Below are positions 39,311-53,630 of a DNA stretch of 64,000 bases, piece by piece. The DNA is from Ancylonema sp. (taxonomy: Eukaryota): the NCBI GenBank assembly GCA_050230475.1, contig JBFLGF010000057.1, positions 1 to 64,000 of the forward strand, written 5' to 3'. Every line of letters begins with the position of its first letter. The stretch's first letter is position 1. The position numbers and the translations under genes were made by a program. The notes under the pieces were generated by a model. The model did not search any database, had not been told where the DNA came from, and worked only from the letters and a program-made list of their open reading frames with translations.

Positions 39311-41128
39311 ATGGTGGCAGCGACTGATGAGAGAGAGGGAGAGAGGCGGAAGGATAAGAAGAAACAGAAGAAACAGAAGAGCAAACTCGGGGAGTTGGAA
39401 GGGCTGATGGAGGGATCTGAGCTGCCTCCTTTAGAGCCAGGTGAGAGTGGGGAGGAGGACCGGGAGGAGGAAGAGGAGGAGGAGGAGGAGGAGGCGGAGG
39501 AGAGGGAGGAGGTGGTTGAAGGAGTGGAAGGGGAGGGGAATGGGGGAGAGGAAGAGGCAGAACATGGGGAGCAGCAGAAGAAGCGTCGTCGGCAGTCAAT
39601 AGAGGCAGGAGGTTTGCAGGTGAAAATATCAGTGAAGCCTTCCCATGTGCTGCCTTGGATGCGTGTGCCGGTGGAGATAAAGGAGGAGGACAGGATGATG
39701 GTGGAGGATGTGCCGCACCTGGACGACAGGTAGAGGGGGGGTGGGGTTAGGGATCCTGGGTTGGGCTTTTGAACCCTAGACCCCAAACCCTAAATCCTGA
39801 ACCCCAAAGGTTAAACCCTTTGACAACCCCGAAGTCCAGACTATATACCATCTGTCTGGGGTAATGAACGACCCCCGAACTATTCAAAGACTCGGGTGTC
39901 GGCTGTGGGTCTTGCCTCCTGCACCCTGCGAGTGTGGACTCGCAGCTGAAATGTTGACGCCGCTTTTTTTAGGGTAAAGCGTCTCTGAGATTAGGAACTG
40001 CACTTAGGGTTTCTGGCGTAGGGTTCAACACTGTTGGTCTACAGACCGACCCGCCTACCGGTTTTGGTTTCCATGACATAGGCCCCTGGTCCTGAAATTT
40101 ATGACTCTAAAAAAGTGTGACTATAAAGCGGAAGACCACTAAAGCTTGATTGCAAAAAGTTGACGCATCAGCTCTCCCTTGTCATCGCCGGACTCTGACC
40201 CGAAAAATAATCATAACGAGCATTATTATTTTCGGAGATTGTACCCGTAGGAATTCAGGGTTTCAAACCCTCAATCTAGATCCTGTGGGGTTTTGGGTTT
40301 ATCGGTTCCCCTTCAGACTCAGAGCGGCCCTCGTCACAGCTGGCATCCAAGCCTTCTTTCCCGTCCAGTCAGCGGTGTGGAGACACCTGGTGGGACCCAC
40401 ACAGAAACACCGAGACCTGTGCGTGTGCGCGCCCACGGGCAGCGGGAAAACTTTTTCGTACGTCCTGCCCATCGTACAAAGCCTTTCAAAGCGCGTGGTC
40501 AAACGGCTGCGAGCGCTCGTAGTTCTGCCGACCAGGGACGTGGCCACACAGGTTGGGAAGGGGTGGGGTGGGTGTGGGGGTGGGAAGTAGTCTCAGATTT
40601 AGCATGAGAGAAAAAGTCTAGATGGGTGGGGGGGGGGCGGTTTCAGGGATTCGAATTTTTCACTCAAGTGTGTGCCAGGTGTCGCTTTCTGATTGGACAC
40701 GTTAGAACAAAAATACGCAGTGTGGCTGACGGCCTTACCTTGCCAGGTGGCATTTTCCCATTGGATATGATTCTACTTCTAATTTTCTACCCCCCCCCCC
40801 CCATGACCTGTGACAGGTGAAGGCTGTCTTTGACCTCATTGCGCCAGCTGTTGGTCTGTCAGTGGGCCTTGCCATTGGCCAGACAGCTCTTCAAGGAGAG
40901 GCCGATGCGTTGGTGGCTTTGGGAGACGATAAGGAGAACACTTTCGTTCGGGCAGACCTGTTGAAACTTTTTCCCACTGCCCGGAGATTCCCCAGCAGCA
41001 GAGTGGACATCCTGGTTGCGACACCTGGCAGGCTGGTGGACCACATGAGCCAAACCCCCGGGTTCAGCCTCGAGCACCTCCACTTCCTGGTGTGGCAGTC
41101 GCGCCTTTGTGGGACATACGTATGCACA

Positions 41129-41184
<56 letters not shown>

Positions 41185-44100
41185 AATACACGTACATATA
41201 CGACCTTTTCGACCCCTCCCCCCCCCCCTCCCTATACATATATATATATACACAAATACACGTACATATACGAATACACATGTACATGTATGTATACATG
41301 TATATGTGTATTGCATATATGTGTATTTACACTGGTGGGATTGTGTGTGTGTGTATGTATGTTTACACATATCAGTATGCATGTCTTCAAGTATGTCATT
41401 TGTGTTGTATATATGTATGTCATATGTATGTATGCGGGTGAAGACATATACACGTATGTACATTTATGATTTTCTGAGTATATGTACACGTATGTATTTG
41501 TATGTATACGTATATGTGTCTGTGTATGTATATCTATACGTATGTATACGTACATGTATATGTGTACGTATACGTGTACGTATATGTATGTGTATGTTTG
41601 CATACGCACATGCACGTGTGTATGTACGGGGGATGAGTGTCGTTTTTTGAAACCCTATCAGGTGGTGGACGAAACCGACCGACTTTTGAGACAGGCCTAC
41701 CAGGATTGGCTCCCGAAAGTTCTGGCGGCCGCAGAGGGGGGGGGAGGGAGATGTGCCAGCTGGCACACAGACAATCCAGCCGCTCTGCTGACGGTGCAGA
41801 TTCGGACCACAAGGAGACTGTGAGGCTCTCTCTCTCTCTCCTCAAAACCTGCCAGCTGTCATGGGATTCACCGACTCCAGCGCCACCTGTCAAGACAACG
41901 TGGCAGCTCTGCGGAGCATGACGACGTCATCAAACCTGTGCTGACGTCAGCAACAAGTCGAACACGTCTTTGATGACGTCAGCACCATGTCAATCCACCA
42001 GACCTTCCCCCTCTCCTCCGCTGACGCTGTTCCTTTTCTCTCCCAGCGAGGCAGAATGGGGTACCCGCAGTTTTGCGGAACCGCGTTTGGTGAAGCTGGC
42101 CCTTTCTGCCACCCTCACTCGGGACCCCTCCAAAATCGGCCGCCTGCATTTGTGCCACCCCCTTTACATCGCCGCATCCGCTTCTGACCATCGATACGCG
42201 CTGCCAACGCAGCTCAAGGAGTTCAAGATTGTGAGGGGGCCTTCCCCCTCTGTTTTTGGACTTTTTTTTGTTTTTTTGTTTTTACATATATATGTTTTAT
42301 TTTATTTTCCCCTTTTTCCGCTTTTTTAAATTACTTTTCGAGTTTCCTGTCCAGTCCTGATGCTGGATTCGAAATTGCTGAATCTGAATGGGTTGTTATA
42401 AGCTCATTGTTATAATGAGGTGGTGTGAGGAGGTATTGTTGTTTGCAATGACAGCTGTCAAAATATGGTTGTAATCATGAATGGGCGGTCGATAGTGTCG
42501 TCATCATATTAATGTCTCCATCAAAACCTCCTAATCCCCCTTATAACCAAACACCCTCTGTATCCGGACACCCTTCACAGTCCTCCAAAACAACAGCCAA
42601 ATCTGCATCTTGTGCACACCCCTCCCAAAAACAAACCCAACACTCGGCCTCAAGTCCCCCCTCCCCCCCCCCCCCCTCAGGTGTGCGAATCCGGCGAGAA
42701 GCCCCTTTACCTCATCGCCCTCCTACAGCATCTGGGCGCAAACCGACGGTCGACGATTGTGTTCACCGCGAGTTTGGAGTCGACTCACCGCCTCTACCTG
42801 CTCTTGTGCGCCTATAAGGGGCTCGGACTCGATATAAAGGAGTACTCGAGTTTGTTGCCGCAAAGAGAGAGGAGGTATGAAGTGATGTGGTTCGATATTG
42901 TGGGCTTGCATGAAGTTGGGGCAAGGAGAGGGAGGATGGGAATAGACAAAAGGATGATGAGAAGCGCAAGACATGTGTGTTAGTGTTAGTTTTGCGACAA
43001 CAATGGTTGTTTAGTCCAGTTGTTTTCCGGGAAAGGGATGCGATTCTGTGCTGCAATCTTTGGGTTTCGTTCTTCTTCTTTTCAATCCAAGCATTCGTTC
43101 GATTGAGAGTTGATTTCTTTCTTTTTCGATTCTGAGTCGAGTACCGTCTCCCCCATATCCTCGACTTCTCGTCTCCTCACTGCGGCCCTGACTGCGTTCC
43201 GAGAGGGCAAGGCCACCGACTTGGTGGCCTATGACGCGATGACACGTGGCATGGACGTGGACGATGTGGCGGCCGTGGTGAGCTACGACGCTCCTGTCTA
43301 CGCCAAAACGTACGTGCATCGGGTGGGGAGGACGGCAAGGGCTGGGAAGGATGGGGCAGCATACACCATCCTCAGGAAAACAGAGGTGGGGCTGAGGGAT
43401 GGAATGGGATGGGGTGATTTTTGAGGGGGGGGGAGAAGGATGGGGTGGGTGCATGGGATTATGTGGCCAGGTTTTGTGCAATTTATCACATGAGAGGGGT
43501 GCAAGGATTTTAGGGCATATGATTTTGGAGTATGAGTGTGTATGCGTACACGTGCATGTGTGTAAGGATACTTGTACACGTAGATAAATAATTCAGTTTA
43601 CTTGTGTATACACATGTGCGGCACAGGACATTGAATTGTGGGGGGGGGGCACAGGTCCGTCACTTCAAGGGCATGCTGAGGAAAGCCAATAACAATTTAT
43701 GCAAAGACTTCAAAATTGGAGCGGAGGCTTTGGAACCGCTTGTGGCGCCTTTACAAGATGGTGAGGTCCATGTACAAGGAGATTTGGTGTTCGATATAAT
43801 AACATGCTTGACTCTAGGGAGCTGGTTTGGCATCATGTGTACTTATATGATATGTACGTGTACATCATATAATAGTACTTGTACTTGTGTTACATAATAT
43901 GGATATGACGAAGATGTTGTTAAAACGAACATGTTTGTGCATACATTAGAGATTGACAAAAGACAATAAAGGGTTCACATTTGAGGCAGCATTTGGATAT
44001 TGTGGTCGTATCACACGAGGGAGTTCGTGAAACGTGATAACATTGGCCTTCATAAATAACTCCCACCAGTGATCAAAACATAATTGCGTGACCCCATGGA

Positions 44101-44545
44101 TATCGCACCAAGCATACGTGTTCCATCACACTGTCAAAGCGTACCATTATTCATGCATGATTTTTTATTTTTTATTTTTTATTTTTTTAATTCTATTATG
44201 AATGACTGAGTCAAGTCGAGATACCCTATTTTTCATCCATTCTCATTCTCATTCTCATTTTCATTCTCATTCTCATTCTCATTCTCATTCTCATTCTCAT
44301 TCTCATTCTCATTCTCATTCTCATTCTCATTCTCATTCTCATTCTCATTCTCATTCTCATTCTCATTCTCATTTTTTAAGCATGCCATCTTTCATGATTT
44401 TTGTTTTTGTGGTTCCTCAGCCTTGGAGGTGCTCCGCGTTAAAGTTGGAGAGGAGGCAGCGGTTGGTCGAGGGCCGAAGGCACAGCTCACAACACATGAG
44501 GAGAAGAAGGCGCACTTAGTGCTAGGCGATTTAGAGAATCTTTGA
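39311..44545 (+). CDS. DDX51: DEAD-box RNA helicase DDX51/Dbp6 (plant RH1-like), 9 coding exons
   Basis: Acidic/basic N-terminus, [76 protein letters not shown]. Last exon 44421-44545. Confidence 0.93.
39785..39794 (+). promoter_or_regulatory. Telo-box (AAACCCTAAA) in DDX51 intron 1, with further degenerate copies nearby
   Basis: Exact AAACCCTAAA at 39785; ttagggttt at ~40004 on the other strand. Telo-boxes are known near the 5' ends of plant ribosome-biogenesis genes. Confidence 0.45.
41132..41625. repeat. Compound TA/TG/TATG microsatellite in DDX51 intron 3
   Basis: Directly visible. Confidence 0.93.
44238..44373. repeat. (CATTCT)n hexamer repeat, ~22 copies, in the last DDX51 intron
   Basis: Directly visible; source of the spurious HSHS ORF. 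Confidence 0.96.
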
Positions 44546-46304
44546 AATTGAAGGTTAAATTGAAGATTAATAATGAAGATGACAATAAGATAATTAAGAT
44601 TAAAAAACCATTGTTTTTGTATCATTTGTTGGCCGACATCTCAAGGTGGTGCCGAAAGTGGTTGAGGGAAAAACTGTGAATGTGAATGTGATGGAGGATA
44701 GTTCGGAACGCCATCCGGAAGATTTTGTCGAAGTGTGGTCGAACCGTTTAGGTTTCTAAACGTTTTCCGATTTTTTGAAGATTTTTTTTTCACAAATTTT
44801 CCTTCATATTTACATCGTTTTTTATTTGCTTTTTCTCAAACCAATCCGTTTTGCACGTCGAATTCTGGTGCTAGCAATGTGGCCATTTCATACAATTTTG
44901 CATTTGTCTATTCATTTCCAAGCATAATGGTCGACACCCTTGGTCTATATCGTGATCTCGAACTTAAATCTAGTTTTTTGATGCGGAAATGATTTCGGAT
45001 ATGGCATTATTCATTGTGCCACATGTCACCTGAACATTACTCTGGTGGCATTACTTGAAGTGAGGTTGGACAACCCTCACGAAAATGTGAGCGTTTTTTT
45101 CAGAGGGTCAAATCTCGAGCGAAAAGAAAAAACGTTTCATAGGCTTTTGGGTAACCCTTGCATCGATCATTCATACAAAAAAGCTAACCTTTTTTATAAA
45201 ACGAATCCATACCAAGCCACTATTGTGCATGCCTCAAATCATTGTATGTACGTTTGGATGCTTCGATACTTTTATAGAGAACCTTGATAACAGAATTTTG
45301 GTAATGGCTAGCCTGCATGTTCTCGTAAAAATGTTTTTCTACTCAATTATTTGTTTTTTCTATTTTCACTTGCGACAGAAACTATCGATTTTTTCACCAC
45401 GGAAGTCCAGCCTTCTACCCAGAGCCACCTGCACACAATTGATAGTTGCAGAAGCTTGACACAAGTGGCATCGGCGTGCACCAATAAATGTTGCGAACTT
45501 GGATAATAGAGGTGGGTGATTCGACCTAAGTTTGGGTTGGTAAGGATAGGAGTTGCAAAAGAGGGATGTGATTTATATTCGAATTTGATTTCGTCATTAC
45601 ACAATCTATTCAGCATAACTTCTAGGATGCGTAATACATGTAATTTGTAAAGCAAAGTTCCGCAAAATTCCGCAAAATTCACTAATTTGCGAAAAATCCC
45701 GTAACATTATGATCACGCACTACAAATATATTCATGTTATAACTTTCATAACCAGGCATGGCTTGTTTGGTCCAAGTCGTATGATTTGGACTCACAATTG
45801 ACGGATAATATATTTAATGACTGTTATAACATTAAAAGAACTTATTTCTCCCATAGATTTACCGAATCGAGCTTGAAATGACGTAAATGATCCGTAATCT
45901 GTAAAATTAGAGGGTGTTCAGTTGTCACATTGAAAAAGAATCGAATCACACACACGAACTCGTTCTTAATGTAATTTCTTGGGTTCTACATGTTCGTCTA
46001 AATTTCTAACAAGAGTGGTGTTTTACAATAAAGGCTATGCTACATTGGGCGGTTGTAGATTTTACTTGTGTGAATTTGGAAAAAACTTGACGGAGCTAAT
46101 ATTGATAAGCCTCTCGCGCTTCAACAGATTCAAAGAAATCATGTATTGTTAGGAAATCGAATGGGATGGTTCGACATAACTATGTAGCATTGTAAGTTGC
46201 TACAAAATTATGTGCGACTACGCATACCACATTACACACATGCCTCGTTTGGACAATGAACCCACACGCCCCTGTCGAAGCATTCTAAGGGTCGAGATCA
46301 ACGA

Positions 46305-46929
46305 TCACTCATTTGAGATGAATGCTTCTTTGAACAAAGAAGTTCGTATTTTTACACCATTGGGACTTCCTACAGCCGCTCCGTACCTGTGCCAAACCAA
46401 CATACCTCTCCATGCCACATCAAAACCCACAACCCACGTAAAAAATGACAGGCAACGTAGGTTAGGCTACCAAGCCTTTAGTTACACATCCTACAGCTCC
46501 GCACAACTATAAGCTACAGCAATACAGTGTCATGACACGACGTGTTGTTCGACAATCAACGTACGCAAATGCAAGTCAACTCAACGTCTTGTCATATGAT
46601 GCCTCCTTGAGCGCCGCATCTATGCGGGAAGTACTATGACTGCTCTCACATCCTTCCTATCACAACAACTTCCTTACACGAGGTCTAATAGGAGGCCGTG
46701 CCCCACTACTCCCGCTATGCTGTCGAGGGAAGAGGCCACCGATTCTGCACTCCATCCGTGGTCATGATTAGCATTCGATGCCCCCCCATCACCCCCATCA
46801 TTGCATCATTGCATCATTGCATCCTCTTGTAGAAAGCATCAATCTAATGGAGCACCCCCACTGTCTCCACCTCCTTCAATTTCATATCATATGCGATATA
46901 TGATATGAAATTATCATTATCTACATGAA

Positions 46930-46979
<50 letters not shown>

Positions 46980-49742
46980 GTATGTATATGATATGAAATC
47001 CATAATCCCGTAAATTCGCAAGCCCGCAACACTCATTTCTTTCCACTGCCGTTCAGGATGGCATGTGTAATGGTGCGATAGGACTCATGTTGCCAATGTG
47101 TGAGGAGCATGGTTCCATGTCTTATGAGGTTTTCTTACTCGGATCTACAATTTTGGCGGTGAAAATGACGTCTACCACACAGTGACCTTGCTCAGTGACC
47201 AAGGGGAAGTCTCCCCCCAACGGGTCTGCACAGCCGCTAGAGGGTCGCCTCCACACCTGCCATCCACCTCCACACCTCCATCTCTTCTACCTCAAACGCT
47301 CCTCCACTCCTACCCATTGCTGCTGCACATGTCGGTCCCACACTTCGAGAGTCGTTTTCAACGGTGGGGGCGAGGTTCATGAAGGACAGGTTGAGGCTGA
47401 GAGGAGGAGGACCACATTGGGTCCCGGGAACTCACCTCCGCATCCCCTATGAAGGCGTCGTCGATCTCTTCCGCAGTGTCCTCCCACTCCTCCTACACCC
47501 CCATAAGGAATGCCTGGAATGAAAGGCAGCCCCAGCGCTCGATGACTGCAAAAGGGATGGCAACCCTTATGGCCTCTTCCTGGCCTCGTTTTTTTTAACA
47601 AGTGCCCCTTTTTGCTCCATGGCGAAATTGGATGATCTGATTCGACTCGAAATCAACTTTTTGATTGCGACCACTCCTCCCTCGACAGCACACACACTCG
47701 CTCAGGCCTCATCCCGTTGATTACAGCGAGCAGAGAAAGACAGCAAGACAGCATGGCCTTACTGTTGAGGCACAGCCGAGTCTTAGGCGGCCCTGAACAG
47801 TCTACAGTCACTAGTCTCACATTTTTTATAAGCACTGGGACATCCCCGCGCAGCTCCTCCACAAACCCTTTCTCTGCCACCAGAACCACAAGCTGCTCCG
47901 CGGCGGCAGCCATCTTCTGCACAGCGACCACCAAGCATGGAGCGTCAAAGACCTCCCTTCCCCACCTCCTCCCCTCCTGGATTCGGAGGGGATGCTGCAC
48001 TTGCACAGCCCCAGGCTTCTGAAAGCGAATACTTGTCTCCATTCTCGACCAGAATGCAACCTTGCAGTCGTGCGCACCTCGTGGGATAAAGAGCTGGACA
48101 GAGTCTGGTGGACCCCGCCCTGGCGAGGCAAATGATGGGATGGAACCACAGGCTGACCTTTTCTCGATAGATGGAATCACGGCCGGTCGGACCCTTCCTG
48201 CAGATTACACTGTAGAGAGTGCCCTCTTGCACAACGTCCGCATCCGTGAATCCAAATGCCAGCTGCGAGGAGAGAGCAGAGGCTCACACATGAAAGATGT
48301 GTGGATTCTTCAGCAAAACGACGATGAGAGGACGAGGATGGTGAGGATGGTGAGGAGGTACTGCGAAACCACCCCAGAAATCCGCTCAAGAAGGAATTCA
48401 AATTCTTGTCCAAGAGAGAAATAGAAATAAAAATAGAAATAAAAATAGAAATAGAAATAGAAATCGGGTTTGACGAGAGGGTCTGGCAGTGGAAGGCACC
48501 TTGGGAGATTCATCTAGAGTTGTCAGTGGGACCCCACAGTTGGCTGCTTCGGCGGCACATGAGGCTGACCTGGCGTCCCCCCAACCCCCTAGGAACAGTG
48601 TCATCTGCTAGGATTGCTGTTCAGGCAGCCATACCTGTAGCTTCAGTAAGGCTGCAATGTAGACGCTGATGTGTTTGACGTAGAGGTGACAACCACAGAA
48701 TGGCCACAGGTCGAATGTCAAAACTACAATTATTGACTGCAGAGGCCAGGTTCAGAAGGAAGTCATGATGTGTCGATGTGCAGACAGCGTACAATGGATG
48801 GCTCGGCGCAAATGTAAATTTACAATGACGAGCACCTCATAGAGCGTTGGAGTTGGGGGTACATGTGGAGCCAGTCAGCGCTGGCTACCATCCCATGCAG
48901 CCGACTGCCGACTGCCGACTTCACAAACAAAACGGTTGGTGTGCACTCACGTTGGTACTCCAATCACGTCTTGCAACGTTCCTTCTTTCAGCTTTTGGCC
49001 AATGTACTCGATGGCCATGGAGGAGCCAGGGCCACTGCCTAACCCAACCACCATGCCGCTGCGAATAAACAAATCTACCTGGACCAAGAAACGGCTAGGG
49101 CGGCCATTAGCTAGGATTCGGAGATTGATGATTGTTCCATCATCAGTAGAAATGATCATCTATGTTTAAGGAGAATCACTCACTAGGATTGAACAAGAGA
49201 CCTAGTACTTGAAAAGTAGTTACAATAGTATACAGTAATGCAGAATGAGGGGATGGAACAAAAACAGTCACAACAGAGCATGATATTTCGAGGGGTAGTG
49301 AGGAACTTACGACTACAGAGTGTACGACTTATTCATCAGCGAGCGAACAACTTCAGCTGGTGAGCATCCTTACATACGCATTCTAGCATGCAATCGAGAT
49401 TTATGCGACGCGGGACCGATAAATAGATACCAGTATAACAATGTAATATATAGACGGCCAGCAACGTACGGTATGTCTCGCAGCTTCACGGAGCTCCAAG
49501 GTTCTAGTCTGGTCAAATTCACATTTTATACCGCGTCGGCGACGAGGCACTGGTTTATTCTTCGAGTGAAACAGCTGTGCATTTCCAAGGACGATGCTTG
49601 ATCTTGTCTCCGATCCATTGCACCTGTACCCTCTGCATTTTCTAGTTCTTTTAGCACATGACATCAATCGAGCATTTGACGAAGGAAAAGACTGAGTATG
49701 GGGCAGGTAAATAATGGCGGCAGGGATAAGATATGCTGCCAT
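46305..49742 (-). CDS. RPI4: Ribose-5-phosphate isomerase A-like protein (plant RPI4 type, likely plastid-targeted), 9 coding exons
   Basis: VDLFIRSGMVVGLGSG, VIGVPTSAS, FTDADVVQEGTL, DVPVLIK, TAEEIDDAFIGDAEVWRRPS, PLGGDFPLVTEQGHCVVDVIF, SLDSIAGVVGHGL; ends ...FISNE* at 46305. Confidence 0.88.
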
Positions 49743-50004
49743 ATTGCAGATTATGTAAGATAAGTGACCAACGACTAAGGCGAGGCACTATTATTGTGTC
49801 CTCTACAGAAGGTCGTGTAAATTCTCTTCGCTACACCAATGAAAGTCAGCCCCTCTGCCCTGCACCAAAGCAGAGCAGATGTTATAACCAGGCCCAACAG
49901 GGGCCCAACTCGTCAGGTTAACCTGTACGTTTTGGGCCCGAGAATTGGCGAATCGTGGCGCTACGTCGGTGTGTTCAGGCCCAACTGGGACCCAGTCCCA
50001 GTGA

Positions 50005-50091
50005 GAAAGTGTATATTATTGAAAAACGACGGGAACCCCATTACAAGAACGTGTCTGTAAAGAAACTACATATCCTAAAAACGACAAAAAT
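50005..50091 (-). mobile_element. Short 3'-terminal fragment of the CRE-like retrotransposon
   Basis: Reverse complement matches 25330-25421 (atttttgtcgtttttaggatatg...cttgtaatg...cgtcgtttttcaataat.tacactttc). Confidence 0.8.
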
Positions 50092-50754
50092 AGTTGTTGA
50101 AAAAGAGTTCAAAGTTACGACCAGGCCCGAACATCAGTGACTCGGCTCTCCCCTCATACATTATATTTTTACTCGGATCCAACGGTATATGCCAGAGGGG
50201 TTCAATTGAACTGCATTCCTTCGTCCGAGGGGGTTAAAGATTCAATGCATTTGGGCCATATGGTAAAAAAGAATTCAGTACTGGTCAAACAGGGAATCTT
50301 TTCTCTCAGTTACCCAATCCCTCAACCTTGTCCGGCGTGTTGGCTGCGTCCTTATTACGAACACATCACCATGCTAAATGACACTTAGAAACGACAAATT
50401 TCAATCCTATGACATCGAAGGATTTTGGACGGCGTCTTTGTCCTATGTCAATCTGTGCCAGCCACCGCAGCAGCGCAAAGATTGGCGACAAGACACTATG
50501 TCGGTGTTGATGGCTACTCGCGATAGGACGGAAACAAACAGCATCAGTCGATGTCATTTGCATCTGCCGCCACCACGCCGTTGCATCCGTCGTAATTCAA
50601 CTCGTGCCTACAATAACACATTTCTTGTGCAGATAATTTCAAGAACAAATTCCGCGACACTGGGAGAATGGTATTTCCCTTCCGCGAGAACTACATTAGT
50701 TGAATAGCAGTTTGTCCATCGTCAACCACCGAGTCGGGGAGGTGGACAGCGGCC

Positions 50755-53630
50755 ATGAAGTTTCTCACAGCTGTTACAGCGTTACTTATTTTATATGTCA
50801 GATCCGTTACCGCCGTTGCACAGGGAGCTTGCACCTTACAAATCTCAAAGAACGTTCCGACCACTTACACTTCCTGTAGGGTCCTAGAAGCCAGCACCGG
50901 CGCTATCTTCGCGTGGTCATTTAGCAACACAACTTATGTACTAAATGCCACCATATACGAGCAGCCCGAGCAGGCTGGCGGATGGACCGCTTGGGGAATC
51001 AATGAAGCTAATACACCTTCGATGGTCCCTGGGAATGTCATCGCTTGTTATCCAGACCATTCTGTGACAGCCACCGTAATGCAGTTCCACTTGAGCGGAC
51101 TGTCAGAGTCCAGTGTTCGACCTGGAAACAAGCTGAATTTCACTAAGACCGCTTGCACCATTGATACGTCCACTAGTCCCCCTACCAAGTACATTCAGTT
51201 CAGTCTTCAGTTGAACCAGTCCTACACGGCCTTCTCTCAAATCTACGGCAAGGGACCTGGGGTCGACTTCTCGCAGCCCAACATCCTCTTGCGCCACATT
51301 CCAACGGATAATTTCGGTCAGCGTATCACTATCACGACTGGAGCGATTTCCGAAGTTACAGCGATTTCGAACCAAAACCTGAAAAACGTGAGTGAGCGAC
51401 CGTTTGGGTTGCCTTGATGTACGACTTGGTATCATATGGGCGATATAGACTGTGCAAGCATAGACGGAGCACTGCGTCGGTCAGCGTCTGATCACTTGAG
51501 GAAATTCAAAAAGAACAACACAAGTGTGCAGCAGACTGCCCATTACGGTTCTTGAGGATTCTCATTCCGGTCGCAGTGTTTTTGTTCTAACTTGTTTTTA
51601 GGCGCCAAGGACGCTTTTTGTCATGGTACAATTATTCCGGTGCCGATTCTAACCTTACTTGGAGCATGAAAAAAAGATTCTACGAGATCAGATTGTCGGT
51701 ACTGTGAAGCTCCTGCTGTACAAGAGAGGGTTGTCCAGTCGGGCTCTCTTTGTGAGACGAACATCTCTATAACGATACCCCTCCTCGCCTTCGTTATTCG
51801 CAGACCCACGGGTTCCTCAACGCCGTTGGATGGGGCATCCTACTGCCCCTGGGCGCTGTCTTCTCTCGCTACGTGCGCCCTTTCGCCGACCCGCTCTGGT
51901 TCTACATCCACATCTTCCTCCAGCTGTCCGGTTACCTGCTGGGAGTCGCCGGGTTCGGTATCGGCCTAAAACTTTGGGCTTCTGCTCCCCCGGGCACGGA
52001 CTACACGGTGCATGGCAACCTGGGTTGCGCCGTTTTTGCCGTTGCCACCGCCCAGGTGAACCTCCCGCCCTGTTCATTGTCGCCAACGAGGATCTGTAGG
52101 GATGAGGTGGATCTGTAGAATCGAAAGCACCTGCGCCTGGCACTGACACATGCCACGTGGCAGGCTAGCTGTAGAGGCGGTCACAGTCCATCTCGCATGC
52201 CGGGCTGGATTGTTTCACTGGAAGGGAGTCAAAAACGAGTATCAATGCGTGCAGTTCAGTATCTGTGAGGTCGATGCGAGTGGTACAGATGGGAGCAGAG
52301 GCAGAGCTCGTCTGTCTCCCACCAGAGGGGAGATGAGAAGTGGTGAAATGTCTCTACGGTCTCTTCCACCAGAGAGGGTTTATCCATTCCTGATTACCAC
52401 ATAGACTCTGTGCGCAAGGACTGGTAGGTCTAGGGTTCGTGGCACTGACCAGATTCTAAATTCTAACTTCTAAATTCTAAATTCTTAATTCTTAATTCTT
52501 AATTCTTAATTCTTAATTCTCGTATCTAAATTCCAAATTTTAAATTTTAAATCCGGGAGACTTGCTTGGGGATGGCTACGCACAGATCCTGTCCGCCATC
52601 GTCAAGCCCAACAAGCTGAGTGGTGTGCGCGTGTATTGGAACGTTGTGCACCACACGCTCGGCTACACCACACTCGTGTTGGCGGTGATCAACATCTTCC
52701 GCGGCTTCGACCTCTTGTTTGTGAGAATTCGGACCCTGGAATCGGTCACTGCGAAACGCGATTTTCGATGCAGTTGTACACAAACAGTGCACGTCGTCGT
52801 CCAGTGATACCCTGGAGTCGATAAACCCCAAATCAATCTCTACCAAGTCCTGTCCCTACAACCACGGCGAAGTGAAGGGGCATCAGGGTCTGGCGGTGCA
52901 AAAAGATTTGACCAAGAGGATGAGGTGGTCAGAAACGGAAGGGTTGTTGACCATGTGGTTGGTTAGCCATTGTTTGTCGTTGTATCCTCAGCAAGGCGGG
53001 GTTTTGGAATACTGAATGTTGTGGGAAGAACTTTCTTCGAACTTTCTTGGGAGTCCTGTGTGCCTGTGGGGTGAGTCATGTCAGGAGTGCTGGCTGCATT
53101 GTAACCACAATGTCATCAGTAGTACAAGACTGCCACCTGTCCTGGTAGACAGATGGCATGATGACAAAAAACGAGCGTCGGATGTGAAGGCACTTCATAT
53201 GACACGTGGGCCACATGGAAGGGACCAATCAGAGAGCATCAGCACCGTCTGGTTACTTCCCACACCCCAGGAGGCACACATGCTCTTGGGGGATTCGAAT
53301 GTCGCCCCTCATCTGATCGGATTCTGACCGAAACACAACTTGCACTCCCTCCCCTGTCTCCGACTCTTGTCTCGACTCTAACGTGAACACGACTGTGTGC
53401 AGGGCTATGGCAACTGGCAAACAGTGTACGTTGTCATCATTGCTTTCTTGGCTGGTCTGGCGCTCGTGCTCGAGGTGATCACATGGATCACCTATCCCGC
53501 GAGGAAGGTTGCAAAGCACGCAGAAGGAAAGCTGCCAGCTGGCAGGTCCATGGACGAGGAGGCAACCGAAATGGTTAACCACCCAGCAGAGGGAGAAGGG
53601 TGGGGGGGGGAGGAAGGCGAAAAGCGTTAG
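50755..53630 (+). CDS. Cytochrome b561 and DOMON domain-containing protein (CYBDOM), copy A, 4 exons
   Basis: Signal peptide; DOMON (GWTAWGIN...SMVPG...LLRH); b561 helices THGFLNAVGWG, WFYIHIFLQ, VHGNLG, YWNVVHHTLGY. Exons 50755-51387, 51803-52054, 52586-52720, 53403-53630. Confidence 0.92.
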
